DNA from: Octopus sinensis
Lineage: Eukaryota
NCBI RefSeq assembly: GCF_006345805.1
Contig: NC_043007.1
Span: forward strand, 50,902,001 to 50,966,000
Direction: 5' to 3'
DNA length: 64,000 nt
The position numbers were made by a program, and so were the translations under genes. Under the pieces are notes generated by a model. It did no database searches and was not told the origin of the DNA. It saw nothing but the letters and a program-made list of their open reading frames with translations. Position 1 is the stretch's first letter. Every line of letters starts with the position of its first letter. Of this stretch, positions 13,811 through 26,461 are shown piece by piece.

Positions 13811-14149
13811 AAACAATAAAGACACATGAGTAAAAATAAAGAAATAAAAATAAAATGTAGATAATAATAAACATAATAAAAGGGTTCGTTTGACTATAAG
13901 CTTATATTAGCTAAAGGTCTGAAGAAAGAGTTAAACAGTAGAAAATAAAGTGAAGATAGTTGCGACTGGCCATTTCAACACGTCAAGTGTTTTCTTGTCT
14001 CCTTTATGGCCCCAAATTACCTTATTTCTCCGTCCGACAAAACATGTAACCCATCTTAAAACTAGGACGTGTCTCTATTTAGAATTAATTTATTACCGTC
14101 CAGTTTTAAATATATCTTATGAAAACGGTAATAAACTATTAGCAATGTA

Positions 14150-15698
14150 CAGTTGCGGCCAAAATGTTCAGAACGGCATTGATTTTGTCAGAAAAGTTTT
14201 TATCAAAGTTGTTTTATAGTCTATAATTTTAACAAACAATAAATAGGATATTAATTATTATTGTCTGAGATATTTGTGTAATTTGAGAGGATAATACAAA
14301 AGTTATAGATGATTTAGTGATTTACTGCAAAACCCATGGCGGCCAAAATGATCAGAACGGTTGAAAAAAATAACAAAATAATAAAAATTAACAGAGAATA
14401 CTGGAATAATTTAATATTTAGTGTGAAGCCCTTTAGCTTCAATCACACTTTGACATCTTCGACTGCATGAGGAAATTAAATTTTCAATTTCTTGCTGGGT
14501 GATCTTATTCCATTCTTCCTGAAGGGCATTCCATAATTGCTCGGTTGTTTTAGGATTTCTGGCTTTCGAACGTTCTCCTAGAATATTCCACACATTTTCA
14601 ATAGGATTGAGATCTGGGCTTTGAGCAGGCCAATCCATAACAATAACCTTTTCAGCCTTGAGAAAGTTCATGACCACCTTAGCCTTGTGACATGGGGCAT
14701 TGTCCTGCATGAATATGGGTGATCGCTTAGTTGAATTTCTCAGCACAGGCAAGACATGATCTTTTACAAGTTGTTTATAAACTCCTGCATTTACCTTTCC
14801 ATGTAATCGCACCAAATGACCCACACCATCTCCAGATATCATCAACCAAACCATGACACTTCCTCCACCGAATTTAACACTAGTCTTAAGGCATTTAGGC
14901 GACAATTTTTCACCTACTTTTTGACAAACGTACCTTTTACTATCTGAGTCAAATAACGTAGACTTAGATTCATCTCGGAAATGCACCGCTTGCCATTTTT
15001 CTTGAGACCACAGCACATGTTCGGTTGCAAAGATAAGACGACACTTTTTATTCTTGGAGCTGATCAGTGGCTTCACTGCAGGTGCTCTTGCTTGTAGGTC
15101 ATGTTCAACTAAACGACGAGACACAGTTTTTCAAGATAAAGTTTTCTTCAGTACAATGCTCATTTCCTGAGAAACAGCAGCAGCAGTTTTAAATCTGTCC
15201 TTTTTAGCCAACTTTACCACAGCACTATCTTCTCTCTTGGTCGTTTTTCTTGGCTTACCTGTAGACTTTCTTGCTTCACACGAACCACAATCATCGTAGA
15301 CCTTAAGAATACCGTGAACAACACTTTTTCACTTGTTAACAATCTTTGCAATAGACCCAATACTTAAATTATCCTTCTTTCGAAGCTTAATAATCTGCTG
15401 ACGAATTGGTAACGGAGTAAGTGGCATTATATTAACAAAGTACACTGCAGATACTCTTACTAATGTTTAGTAAATGAACCGTCAGGTAAACAAATTCAAA
15501 ACATTAGAGTTCACCTGTTAAATATACTAAAACATGGAGTAAAAGCAACCGTTCTGATCATTTTGGCCGCCATGGGTTTTGCAGTAAATCACTAAATCAT
15601 CCATAACTTTTGTATTATCCTCTCAAATTACACAAAAATCTCAGACAATAACAATTAATATCGTATTTATTGTCTGTGAAAATTATAGAAAATAAAAC
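14150..15698 (-). mobile_element. Tc1-family DNA transposon with long IR/DR-type terminal inverted repeats; the high-coordinate TIR has lost its outer end
   Basis: TA|CAGTTGCGGCC at 14148-14160. The IR at 14150-14363 is mirrored by 15546-~15698. Direct repeat cggccaaaatg(t/a)tcagaacgg occurs at both ends of the low-coordinate IR. Confidence 0.92.
14411..15427 (-). pseudogene. Tc1 transposase pseudogene (339 codons, two nonsense codons, no frameshift)
   Basis: MPLTPLPIRQQII...; DES, QDNAPCH and WPAQSPDLNPIEN motifs; 34 residues between the second D and E (DD34E); in-frame TGA at 15329-15331 and 15131-15133. Confidence 0.93.
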
Positions 15699-15700
15699 GG

Positions 15701-16070
15701 GGTGTCAAATATGCAACAGTGTGGTTGCTATTTGATACCCCTGAGGAGGCTCGCACTTTTACGAACCAGCCCCTGGAAGGGGAGAAAATTCTGTTTCTGC
15801 CCACATTTCGTGGGAGGAAATTGACAAGAGCTTGGGTGTTTGGGCTGCCACCCGGAATAGAGCCCGAGTGAATAGAGGACACTACCCGCCGGGGTCTGAG
15901 TGATAGCGGAGCCAAGCTCTTGAATGTTAAAATGATGCCTGCGGCTGATTGGGTGGGGTCAAAAGCAGTTTTGACCCTGTGGACCCAATCAGCCGATGAT
16001 CTGGTGTTCCCAGATTTTTTTAGGATGGCCGGGTCCAGGTATCCGGTGATTCTTGAGGGACGCCCTCATC
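15701..16070 (+). pseudogene. Fragment of an L1/Tx1-type ORF1 (RRM-like region)
   Basis: One frame with a single TGA: VWLLFDTPEEA...RKLTRAWVFGLPPGIEPE*...FPDFFRMAGSRYPVILEGRP. This parallels the ORF1 at 43813-44064 (FPDIIYMEGVEPIRDVTEGKK). Confidence 0.6.
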
Positions 16071-16678
16071 ATTTATGATGGGCTTCTTTCGGTATCAGTT
16101 AGCCAATTCCACTCATTAAGCTTTGGTCGGCCCCAGGCCATATTAGAGGACATCTGCTCAAGGTGTTACGCAGTGAGACTGAGTGGGAAGGAAATCTATT
16201 ACCACACAGCCACAAAAAGTTTTGTATAACATAAAATGATCAAATCTATGGAAATCAAACAATATAAAAACGAATGAAAACAAAATTTATCTGAAATTAT
16301 CTCATGATAAATTTATAAAATTATAATAAATACTTTTGGAAAATAACGCCTACCCCGATATAAGAATAAATACAAGCAAAAATATAAAATAAGGTAAACA
16401 AAACATTCATTACTGACTGTTAGGAAATCCTTTTAAATGGTTTATGGACTGTGGTGTTGATCCCTGGCAATTTCGTGACTCTATAGCATTTCCTGAATAA
16501 AGAATGTGTAAATATAAGGGATAAACGCACTGACCAAGTAAATGTCTGTGTATTTATGCGTATGTACACTTATACATACACATCAATACATTTATATTTG
16601 CGTTTGTGTAAGGTGTGTGTCTTTATATATTTACTTATGCATATATATTTATATACGTTCGTATAAATATATATATAC

Positions 16679-16716
<38 letters not shown>

Positions 16717-16755
16717 TCATTGTTGTTGTTGTTATTACTATTATTATTATTATTA

Positions 16756-16813
<58 letters not shown>

Positions 16814-17082
16814 ATTATTATAATAATTATTATTTTGATTAAGCATAGCTCTGATGTTAGAACTCAATATCCATATGGCCGAGAATAAAGCGTCAGTAGA
16901 AAACAGAGCAGAAATGAGTATTTAAAATGACAAAAGAACGTCATATCTGAAGCTCCAATGAAGCTATATTGTGATACACAAACATTCAATTATGAGCGCA
17001 TTGCATCTTTTAGCTGAAACACCTGTAACCTAATGATACAATTTTTTCCCTTTGTCATTTTAATTAATTTTACGTATGTATG

Positions 17083-17138
<56 letters not shown>

Positions 17139-17332
17139 ACAGCCTTTTATAATATACTCATGCTTCAGTAACCGAGCTTTATTACGTAATCTGGTCCGCT
17201 TACTGAGGCACGAGTACATTACATAACAGAAAAGACCAGTATGAATGTGTTTCTTGATATATATATATATATTATATATATATATATTGTTGTATTTCGG
17301 AATGGTCATTTTGCCAGTTTAGTCAATCTTGC

Positions 17333-17405
<73 letters not shown>

Positions 17406-17846
17406 TTGAGGCACCTTGCTAATTCGGTATAATCTGCACACCTCAACAATATTATTTGAATACTGAATATCAAGACTCCGTGTATGGCTATTTGTACCTA
17501 ACATTACTGTCGTGTGTGCAGACAACGCAACCCAGCTACGTGAAGATATCCACTCTTGGTAATTCAGGTACTTTTTATAGTATTTCCAAAGTGCAGGTTC
17601 CAAGTTAGGTGAACAGAACATAAATAAGTAAGACGTACAAGTGTGAACTCAATGATTTGACACCTGTACATCTTTATGACTTATTTATATATACACACAT
17701 ATACGTACATATACATACACACACATCCATCCATCCATCCATCCATCCATCCATCCATCCATCCATCCATACATACATACATACATACATACATACATAC
17801 ATACATACATACATAATACATACATACACACACATACATACACACA

Positions 17847-17882
<36 letters not shown>

Positions 17883-17943
17883 TGTATGCATACAGGTATA
17901 TATATATATATATATATAGATATATATATATATATATAGATAT

Positions 17944-18032
<89 letters not shown>

Positions 18033-18721
18033 TGTATGCTGTCGAACTTACAATCTTGAATTGGAATCAATTATTATATCGGTTTTTAATTTTTACCTCA
18101 AATCACATTTTTCGTTTGATATATGCATCAATACGACAATATATGCATTCATAAATACATACATGCATGCATGCATATATATATATGTGCCCGCTCCCAT
18201 ACGTACGCTCACCATGGCAAACGCATATATGCACCAACGAGCTGATCCCATTACCTCTCACCCACACGCCAGCTTACACACATGCATAGCTGAAACACAC
18301 GCATAGACATCCGACACGTTCATCCACCCACTCGTACATTTGGTATATACACAGGCACACACAACCTCCCCGACCACTTTACTGCTAGCCTGTCTTTTCA
18401 AAATTCCTCCACGAACTCCCGCCGGACTACAAGTCGGCAATAGTTTCCCATCCAGTCACGCAATCCATTTCTTCCTAATGCACCTGATGTTGCTGAAATG
18501 TCGATTTTACTTCCAAGTGATCTACCATGACCAATAGCATTCCAGTTTCTGGCAGCCATCTTGAACTTCTTGTATGTCTCTAATCGGTACACTGAGACTG
18601 AATGAGCTAGGCTTCTGTGAGAAGCCTGCGAAACTTTAAGTCGCATGGAATTTAAAGAAACAGTTTTAAGTAACAACAATAACAACGACGACGACGACGA
18701 CAACGGCAATAATAATAATGG

Positions 18722-18807
<86 letters not shown>

Positions 18808-19611
18808 CAGTCCTATTTTATCCAAAGGAACTTTCCAGTCCTTCTTTATATGGTATCTTTCACAGCTTTATGTGTGAGCCTCGAGATATTTAAAAAGAAA
18901 AGAAAAAAAAGAATTAGTTCCCATTCTCTCGAATGTTTATAAAATTCTTTAGACATCAACAACACGTGTGTGTGTGTGTACATATCTATATTCTTTATAT
19001 TTGTCTCAGTATCGTAGCGGTTCGTCAAAACAATAAATAAATAAAAGCGATCGGTAAATAAGAAACAGGTTTTAAAAAAATGAGTCGAAGAATGACTGCA
19101 ACTAGTAAAAGATGTCGAATCCTACAGAACAGCTATATTGATGTTGCGATAAGCATTACTTCTCAGTATAGTTGATACTCTCATTTCTTATTGAGATTTT
19201 CTAACAATCTACTTTGTTGCAAATACAGTGACTGATTGCCGCTTGATTTTTTTGTCTATACATTGCAAACCAGACGAATTACTGCTATCTCTAGCGGACG
19301 GTTGTTCACCATTGACGATGGGCACAAATAACCCGAAACTGTAAGATCTGGTGATCCCACCGCCTGCTAGGAGATGGTAGGGCTTTACTCTCCTGCTTAC
19401 AATACATATCAGGTGCAGATTGTATCGGCAACCATCCGGAGGAAGCCTCCTTGCTGTAAAAACCGGTAGTAACGTCGATTCTTACGGAACAGCCATAGTG
19501 ACGCGGCGATAAACATTATTTCAAACACACACACACACACATAACAAGCAAAGTTGCTAGATGTAAAATTTCTATAAATGTAAATAGTAACTCTGCTGAA
19601 AAGTAATGGTT

Positions 19612-19829
19612 GTTACCACCTCAACGTGGTTGTTCTGCATAGAAATGAGGAAGACTGAGTCCCTGAAACCAGCTAGTCTACTGATCCTGTTGCCGCTAGA
19701 TGGGCTCCCTTGTTTGCAATATATCGGGCACATATATTGTGTCGTTAACCAGCTGGAGGAGGCGTCCTCCTGGGGTTAAAAAGCGTTGTAACGCTGTTCT
19801 ATGCAGAACAACCACGTTGAGGTGGTAAC
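19612..19829. repeat. 218-bp element bounded by perfect 33-bp inverted repeats
   Basis: gttaccacctcaacgtggttgttctgcatagaa (19612-19644) is the exact reverse complement of 19797-19829. Confidence 0.85.
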
Positions 19830-19997
19830 GTTAGCACGCCGGGCGAAATGCATAGCCGTTTTTCGTCTGCCGTTACGTTGTGAGCTCAAATTCCGCCATG
19901 GTCGACTATGCCTTTCATCCTTTCGGGGTCGATAATTTAAGTACCAGTTACGCACTGGGGTAGATGTAATCGACTTGATCCCTTTTTCTGTCCTTGT
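19828..19997 (+). mobile_element. SINE family B, 5'- and 3'-truncated
   Basis: gttagcacgccgggcgaaatgc..gagctcaaattccgcc..ctatgcctttcatcctttcggggtcgataatttaagtaccag. Confidence 0.88.
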
Positions 19998-20100
19998 TTG
20001 TATATATATATATATATATATATATACATACATAGAGAGAGAGTGAGAATTATATATATATATGTATGTGTGTGTGTGTGTATGTGTGTATACATATATG

Positions 20101-20178
<78 letters not shown>

Positions 20179-20181
<3 letters not shown>

Positions 20182-20380
20182 ATGAAACTCTAATTCATCA
20201 GAGGTGGTTTAGCATATGTGTAGTGTGTATTGCGTGACCAGGTGTTTTGGGTGACCCCACATCTACGGAATCATGCAGATATTGTCTCAGGGGTTTTCAC
20301 GTTAGAATGTTAATCCACACCCCAACATTAAAGAAAAGTGAGACTTTTCTTACTATTTTTTTACGTTGTTCTTTGTAGTG
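20179..20380. repeat. Unclassified interspersed repeat; a second copy lies at 22017-22215, and both abut (TA)/(TATG) runs
   Basis: Near-identical ~200 bp: catgaaactctaattcatcagag...ccacaccccaacattaaagaaaa..gagacttttcttactattt. Confidence 0.8.
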
Positions 20381-20616
20381 AAGTTATTTTAAAAAAATAT
20401 ACTGCTTTGTTTTTCTATTTGGTTGCACATGAACCGGATCTATGCTCAATTGAATATTTAGTTAAACGCAGGCAAGGTCAGATTTCAATATCTGAAAAAG
20501 AATGACATAAAAATGTCGGCGATGAAGAAATGGATAAAATAACAATAAAAATCATAAAATTAGTCTTAAACGTTTCTTTTAGTCCGACGACGACAACAAC
20601 AGCACTAATAATAATA

Positions 20617-20790
20617 ATCATTTCTAATTTGGCACAAGGCCTGGAAGTTTTGGGGAGGGAGTTAGTCGGTTACATCGACCTCAGTGCTCTGCTGGTACTT
20701 ATTTCATCGACTCCGAAAGGATGGAAAGTGAAGTCGACCTTGGTGGAATTTGAACTCAGAACGGAAAATGTTCTTACGACAAGTCTGCCA
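20617..20790 (-). mobile_element. SINE family B (B2 tail)
   Basis: Family motif ggcacaaggcctggaag..ccgaaaggatggaaagtgaagtcgacctt, preceded by (AAT)n. Confidence 0.8.
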
Positions 20791-20959
20791 GCTCTTAATT
20801 TATTTGTTAGAGGGGCTTTAGTTCAAGGGAATATTACAAGAACAGTTTACAATTTGTGTGGGGGTTCATGTGAAATAGTAGGGGAAGAAAGGAGAGGATG
20901 TTGAAATGAGATAACTATATATATCTTATTCAAAATGTGTGAAAACAACTGTGATGAAG

Positions 20960-21039
20960 ACCTCCTGATACAGGAGAACCTCCTGATACAGGAGAACCTC
21001 CTGATACAGGAGAACCTCCTGATACAGGAGAACCTCCTG
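20960..21039. repeat. 18-bp minisatellite, about 4.4 perfect copies, with a palindromic unit
   Basis: (acctcctgatacaggaga)x4 + acctcctg. The unit contains CTCCTG-ATA-CAGGAG. Confidence 0.95.
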
Positions 21040-21204
21040 CTCGGGTTAGGCAAAGAGCCCATAGATTTTGGAAAACCTTGACCATCAAGGGCATCTCGCC
21101 CAACTGTTATTCTTTAATCTGCAGGCAGATGCATAGAGAGCATCCATTCACCATAACTCACTTTTTACGAATTCAATGAGAGACGAGAGAGAGAAAGCGA
21201 GAGT

Positions 21205-21246
<42 letters not shown>

Positions 21247-21405
21247 GAGAGAGTGAGAAAGGGAGAGAGAGAGAGAGTGTGTACTTCCATCTCCAGCTAG
21301 AATTTCCTGTCCAAATGGGACTTGAAGTATTCGATGAAGAGTTAACTGAAGAGGAAGTTGTCCTTTCAGCTTATTTCAGTCCTATTCCTTACACAGGCGC
21401 AACGC

Positions 21406-21516
21406 AAGAAGAAGAAGAAGGAGGAGAGAAGAAGAAGAAGAAGAAGAAGAAGAAGAAGAAGAAGAAGAAAAAGAAGAAGAAAAAGAAGAAGAAAAAGAAG
21501 ACGAAAGAAGAAGAAG
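21406..21516. repeat. (GAA)n microsatellite
   Basis: Direct reading of the sequence. Confidence 0.95.
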
Positions 21517-21965
21517 CTCCTGTGATACACATACGCGCGCGCGCACGCACACACACACACAAACAAACACACGCGCGCAATTCCACACATGTGTATGAAA
21601 CCCAGTATCAGTCGAAATAAAAATAAAATAAATAACAACCACTAAAGAAACATCCATACAAGCTTTCTGTATAAGGAACAGGTGACTTCATTTCACTTCC
21701 TTGTTAAATTGATACTAAGTATGTCTGTGTGTAGAGGGTGGAGAGAGAGAGAAAGAGAGAATGGGAGAGAAAATCTACAGTTTTTGTCTACATAATAGAT
21801 AGTCTATTCCATACATACACACAACACACAAACACAGCATAGACAGGAAATTGTCACTATATGCATGCATGCACAAGAAAGAAAAAAGGTTATGCTATGA
21901 ATTTCATTAGCTTACAACTGTTTCTAAGATGCAGTAGATTCTTAGTTGAGTGCTTGGATAACATC

Positions 21966-21998
<33 letters not shown>

Positions 21999-22271
21999 TG
22001 TATGTGTGAATATATAAACGCATGAAACTCTAATTCATCAGAGCTGTTTCAGCATATGTGTAATGTGTATTGGCGTAACGAGGTGGGTTGTGTGACTCCA
22101 CGTCTACGGAATTATGCAGATATTGTCTCAGGGGTTTTCACATTAGAATGTTAATCCACACCCCAACATTAAAGAAAATGAGACTTTTCTTACTATTTTT
22201 TACGTTGTTCATTGTATATATATATATATATATATAAGCTTACATACATATATATACATTTATACATGCAA

Positions 22272-22382
22272 GCGCAGGTTATGGGTGTGTGGCAACTTGG
22301 TCAAGCGTCTTCTACTATAGCCCCGGGCCGACCAAAGCCTAGTGAGTAGATTTGGTAGAAGGAAACTGAAAGAAACGTGTCG
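22272..22382 (+). mobile_element. SINE family A 5' part, interrupted at its internal (TA)n
   Basis: cttggtcaagcgtcttctactatagccccgggccgaccaaagcc..gaaactgaaagaa. Confidence 0.8.
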
Positions 22383-22400
22383 TATATATGTGTGTGTATG

Positions 22401-22439
<39 letters not shown>

Positions 22440-22534
22440 CGGGAAGGTTTACGAAAATAAACAAAAAACGAAGGCAGGTGGAGTACAAACAAACAATGTA
22501 TTAGTATGGCGCTCAGGAATAGAAATAAAACAAG

Positions 22535-22572
22535 TCTTTTACGTTTCGAGCCTACGCTCTTCGACAGAAAGA
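22535..22572 (-). ncRNA. Minimal type I hammerhead-ribozyme-like motif with variant core CUGUCGA
   Basis: UCUUU CUGUCGA A GAGC-GUAG-GCUC GAAA CG UA AAAGA: 5-bp stem I, 4-bp stem II, palindromic ACGU stem III. Confidence 0.65.
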
Positions 22573-23334
22573 TACACAGAAAAGAAACAAGGAGAGAAAA
22601 AATTGCGTGTAGGGGCTAACGATCCAACATGGCGTTCTGATTTCAGAAGTCAGAGATCGGAGGTCAAACGTTAGAGGTCAGACGTTAGACGCTAGAGGGA
22701 TAGTAGGAGAGATAACAGTGTCAAGTGACCTCGCCCCAACATGAAGGTGCATGTGTGCATAAGAGAGTATGTATGTGCATGTGGAAGAGGGCTGGTGGTC
22801 TGGACTATGTATGTATGTGCATGTGGAAGAGGGCTGGTGGTCTGGACTATGTATGTATGATGTGATGTGTAATGTCGTATGGTGTAGTGTAGTGTGGTGT
22901 GATGTTGTGGGGAGGTGGGGGCGAGAGTGGGGAAAGCCCATGTGGGGTGTGGGTTCGGCTAGGGGTTAGGGTAGAGGGGGGTTGTGAGGAGAGTGAGAGG
23001 GGGGGAGGGGGGAGAGGGGGAAGAGGGGAGAAGGAGGGGGAGAGGAGAAGGAAGGGGAAGGGGAGGGGAAATGAGGGGAGATGGAGAGGAGGAGGTGGGA
23101 GAGGAGGGGAGAGGAGAGAAGGGGAGTGAGGGAGCAGAGAGAAAGAGAGAGGGAAGAAGAGAAGAAGAAGAAGGGAAAGGAGGGAAGAGGAGGGAAAGAG
23201 AGTAGGGGTGAAAAGATGAAGGACTGAAGAGAAGTAGGAGTCGGGGGGAGGTTAGATGAAAAAAAAGGGGGGTGGTTAGATGAAAAGAGGGGGAGAGTTG
23301 AGACCAAATGGCGTAAAAGAGCGAAGAGAGAAGA

Positions 23335-23570
23335 TTAATCCCTCTTCACGGCGCAAACGGGAATCCGGATGGCCTCTGTGCAAGGACAATCCGAACACAG
23401 ACAGGTGTTGCAAGGAGTGACCGGTGTGTCGTTGGCAAGGCGGATGTCTCGGAGGTGTTCCGCGAACCGGTCAGCCAAGCGGCGTCCCGTTTGTCCGATG
23501 TACAGGGAATGGCAGAGAGAGCAGGAGATGCAATAGATGATATTGCTGGAGGTGCAGGTGAAGGAGTCGA
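23335..23570 (-). pseudogene. GIY-YIG endonuclease domain remnant of a Penelope-like element
   Basis: [44 protein letters not shown]; after a frameshift [23 protein letters not shown]. Confidence 0.88.
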
Positions 23571-23595
23571 TATATATACACACACACATACATAC

Positions 23596-23669
<74 letters not shown>

Positions 23670-23743
23670 TATATATATATATATACATATATATAAATGT
23701 ATATATGTCTGTATATACATATATATACATTTATATATATGTG

Positions 23744-23774
<31 letters not shown>

Positions 23775-23799
23775 AAATGTATATATGTCTGTATATATA

Positions 23800-24256
23800 G
23801 CATAAATCCTCGAGTATAGTCCGCCCTTGAGTATAATATGCAGGGGTTTTTAGGGGGCTGTACCTCTGAAAAACCTTAACCTTGTGTATAATGCGCACCC
23901 CTTCTCTAACTTGAGTCGTGCGTAATTAAGCCAGCAGCGCCTAGTCGAACAAACACTTCCACGCATGCGTAATACAATAATGGTGATGTTCTTAACTGTT
24001 ATATGGGAATGTAAATATGTTTGCAAATTGTTTTTGTTACATGTTATTCTGTGTTCTGAATATTTTTATTTTAAATGTTGCTTACTGCAAGTTATGGATG
24101 ATTCTTTTATGACTTCATTGCTTTCAGGCCTAGCAAATAGAACCTCGGACATTGCTTAGAAAATATCTTTCATTTTTAACCTCGTATATAGTACGCACTA
24201 GGGATTTTGACCTTTAAATTTTGGGAAAAAAGTGCGGATTATACTTGAGGATTAAC

Positions 24257-24258
<2 letters not shown>
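23800..24258. mobile_element. Non-autonomous Tc1/mariner/pogo-type MITE in (TA)n
   Basis: TIRs gcataaatcctcgagtatagtccgc and gcggattatacttgaggattaacgg, flanked by TA. Confidence 0.75.
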
Positions 24259-24339
<81 letters not shown>

Positions 24340-24419
24340 AAAAAATGAAGTTCGAAAATGCTGCTGTATTATACAATTTTTAATTTTTATATTATAACAT
24401 TATAACATGTTTCAGTTCC

Positions 24420-24450
<31 letters not shown>

Positions 24451-24485
24451 ATATATATATATATATTATATATATATATATATTA

Positions 24486-24537
<52 letters not shown>

Positions 24538-25059
24538 GTATGTATGTATCTATGTGTGGGTGGGTGTGTTTTTGTGTCTGTGTTTGTCCTCCAGTCACCG
24601 CTTGACAACCGGTCTTGGTTTGTTTATATCCCTGTAACTTCTAATTTACAGGGATAAGAGATCGATAGAATAAGTAACAGGCTTTGAAAAATGTTTTGGG
24701 GTCGATTTGTTCTACTAAAAACCGATGCATTAATTTATAGGGGTCCACCAGAGTAAAATAGAAATCAAAGGGGTCCATAGGCAAAAAAAAACAAATAAAA
24801 AAAAAACAAATGGTGATAGGATAATAACTGAGGAAGATCTGGCTGCATGCTTTGCAGTTCAAATATTCATCGACAAGCCTCTTCGTTTGCTTATACAGAT
24901 GGTCTAATGGCAGTCAGTAGTGCTGGTATTTTTGATATTTAGAAGCGTTAAAAAGGAAATTGCAGTCGGGGAGCAATAGAGTTGGATCTTGTGTTCTTGA
25001 TTTCAATGGTCCTACTTGTGTCTATGTATCACTTACATATGTACACACTATCTTTTATC

Positions 25060-25355
25060 TTTTACTTGTTTCAGTCATTTGACTGCGGCCATTCTGGGGC
25101 ATCGCCTTGAAGGATTTTAGTCGAACAAAGGATTTTTTAAAGCCTAGAGCTTATTCTATTGGTCTCTTTTGTCAAATCGCACAAACTGACACAATGACAC
25201 ACATATATACATATTCGATAGGCTTCTTTCAGTTTCCGTCAACCAAATCAACTCACAAAACTCTTTGGTAGGTCCGAGGTTATAGTCGAAGCCAACTGCC
25301 TAAGGTGCCACACAGTGGATCTGAAATCGAAACCACACAGCCACACCAGCGCCTA
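25060..25355 (-). mobile_element. SINE family A
   Basis: cttttacttgtttcagtcatttgactgcggcc...taaggtgccacacagtgg..ccacacagccacaccagcgcc. Confidence 0.82.
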
Positions 25356-25789
25356 CATATGACAGAAATCATTTGCACAAGAAATCGCAAAGCCGAAATC
25401 ACGTGATTATGAAGCAAACGATTTAATCATACAGCCGTATCTACTTTGTTTTATTGTATGTTTTCCTTTCCTTCTGTTTTGGTTTATTTTATTTTATCCA
25501 AACATCCTTAGAAATGGTTACACAGAAGCTGCAGATTTTACGAATATATATTTGTTTTAAACTTAATATCCTTTCATGAGGCTTTCTTAATTGTACAAGT
25601 TGTAATTACTTTTGATTTGGTTCTCAATGTTTTCTGAGATCAGGCAGCAACAAATTGGAAGAGAAGAAGAAAATAGGCTCAAATTTCGGACCGACATCTC
25701 TTCAATGAAGGAAATTACGTGGGTCTATAGCTACGCACATGCTTGCTATAGATAAGGCAGTCTGCTTGCATTCTGTTACAATCTTTTAG

Positions 25790-26228
25790 CTTTCATTTCT
25801 TACTCGTTTCAATTATTCGACTGCGACCATGCTAGGGCACCACCTCAAAAGATTTTAGTCGAAAGAATCGAGCCCGGTACTTTTTTGTTAAAAATCTATC
25901 AGCGTCTGTGGCCGAACCGCTAGGTTACAGGGACGTAAACGAATACCGGTTGTCAAGTGATGATGGTGGTGGACAAATTGTATACACACACACTCTCTCT
26001 CTGACACACACAGACACGTATATATATATATATATATACACACACGCGCGTGTGTGTGTGTGTGTAGGCACAGGCGTGGCTGTGCGATAAGAAGCTTGCT
26101 TCCTAACCACGTGTTTCCGGGTTCAGTTCCACTGCGTGGTGCCTTGGGAAAAGGTCTTCTATTATAGTCTCGAGTCAACCAGAAAGCATTGTGAGTAGAT
26201 TTGGTAGACAGAAACGGAAAGAAGCCCG
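25790..26228. mobile_element. Two SINE family A pieces in opposite orientation (3' half on minus 25790-25975; head on plus 26066-26228)
   Basis: Family 3' motif gactgcgaccatgctagggcac; head ggcacaggcgtggctgtgcgataag..gggttcagttcc. Confidence 0.78.
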
Positions 26229-26249
26229 CCATATGCATGTATATGTATG

Positions 26250-26297
<48 letters not shown>

Positions 26298-26387
26298 TGT
26301 GTATGTATGTGTGTGTATGTTTCTGTGTTTATATATATATATATATAATATATATATATATAATATATATATATATATATGCGTGTG

Positions 26388-26423
<36 letters not shown>

Positions 26424-26461
26424 TGTGTATGTATAAATGCGTATGTTTCTGTGTTTATATA

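Larger units (their letters stand above)
22438..23570 (-). mobile_element. 3' fragment of a Penelope-like element (GIY-YIG end, pyrimidine-rich 3' region, pLTR-like terminus) inside (TA)n
   Basis: GIY-YIG peptide at 23335-23570. The terminal 22438-22640 segment recurs at 26462-26635 and 60262-60440 and contains a hammerhead-like motif. Confidence 0.8.

Noticed and set aside
19305-19352. Hammerhead-like ccattgacgatggg...cccgaaactgta
   Set aside because: C3 is lost and stem I cannot form next to the cleavage site. At best it is a decayed motif.
20960-21039. CRISPR-like palindromic repeats
   Set aside because: There are no unique spacers, the context is eukaryotic and there are no cas genes.
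22900-23310. G-rich tract as an ORF or telomeric sequence
   Set aside because: It is the low-complexity 3' region of the Penelope-like fragment, with only one TTAGGG-like unit.
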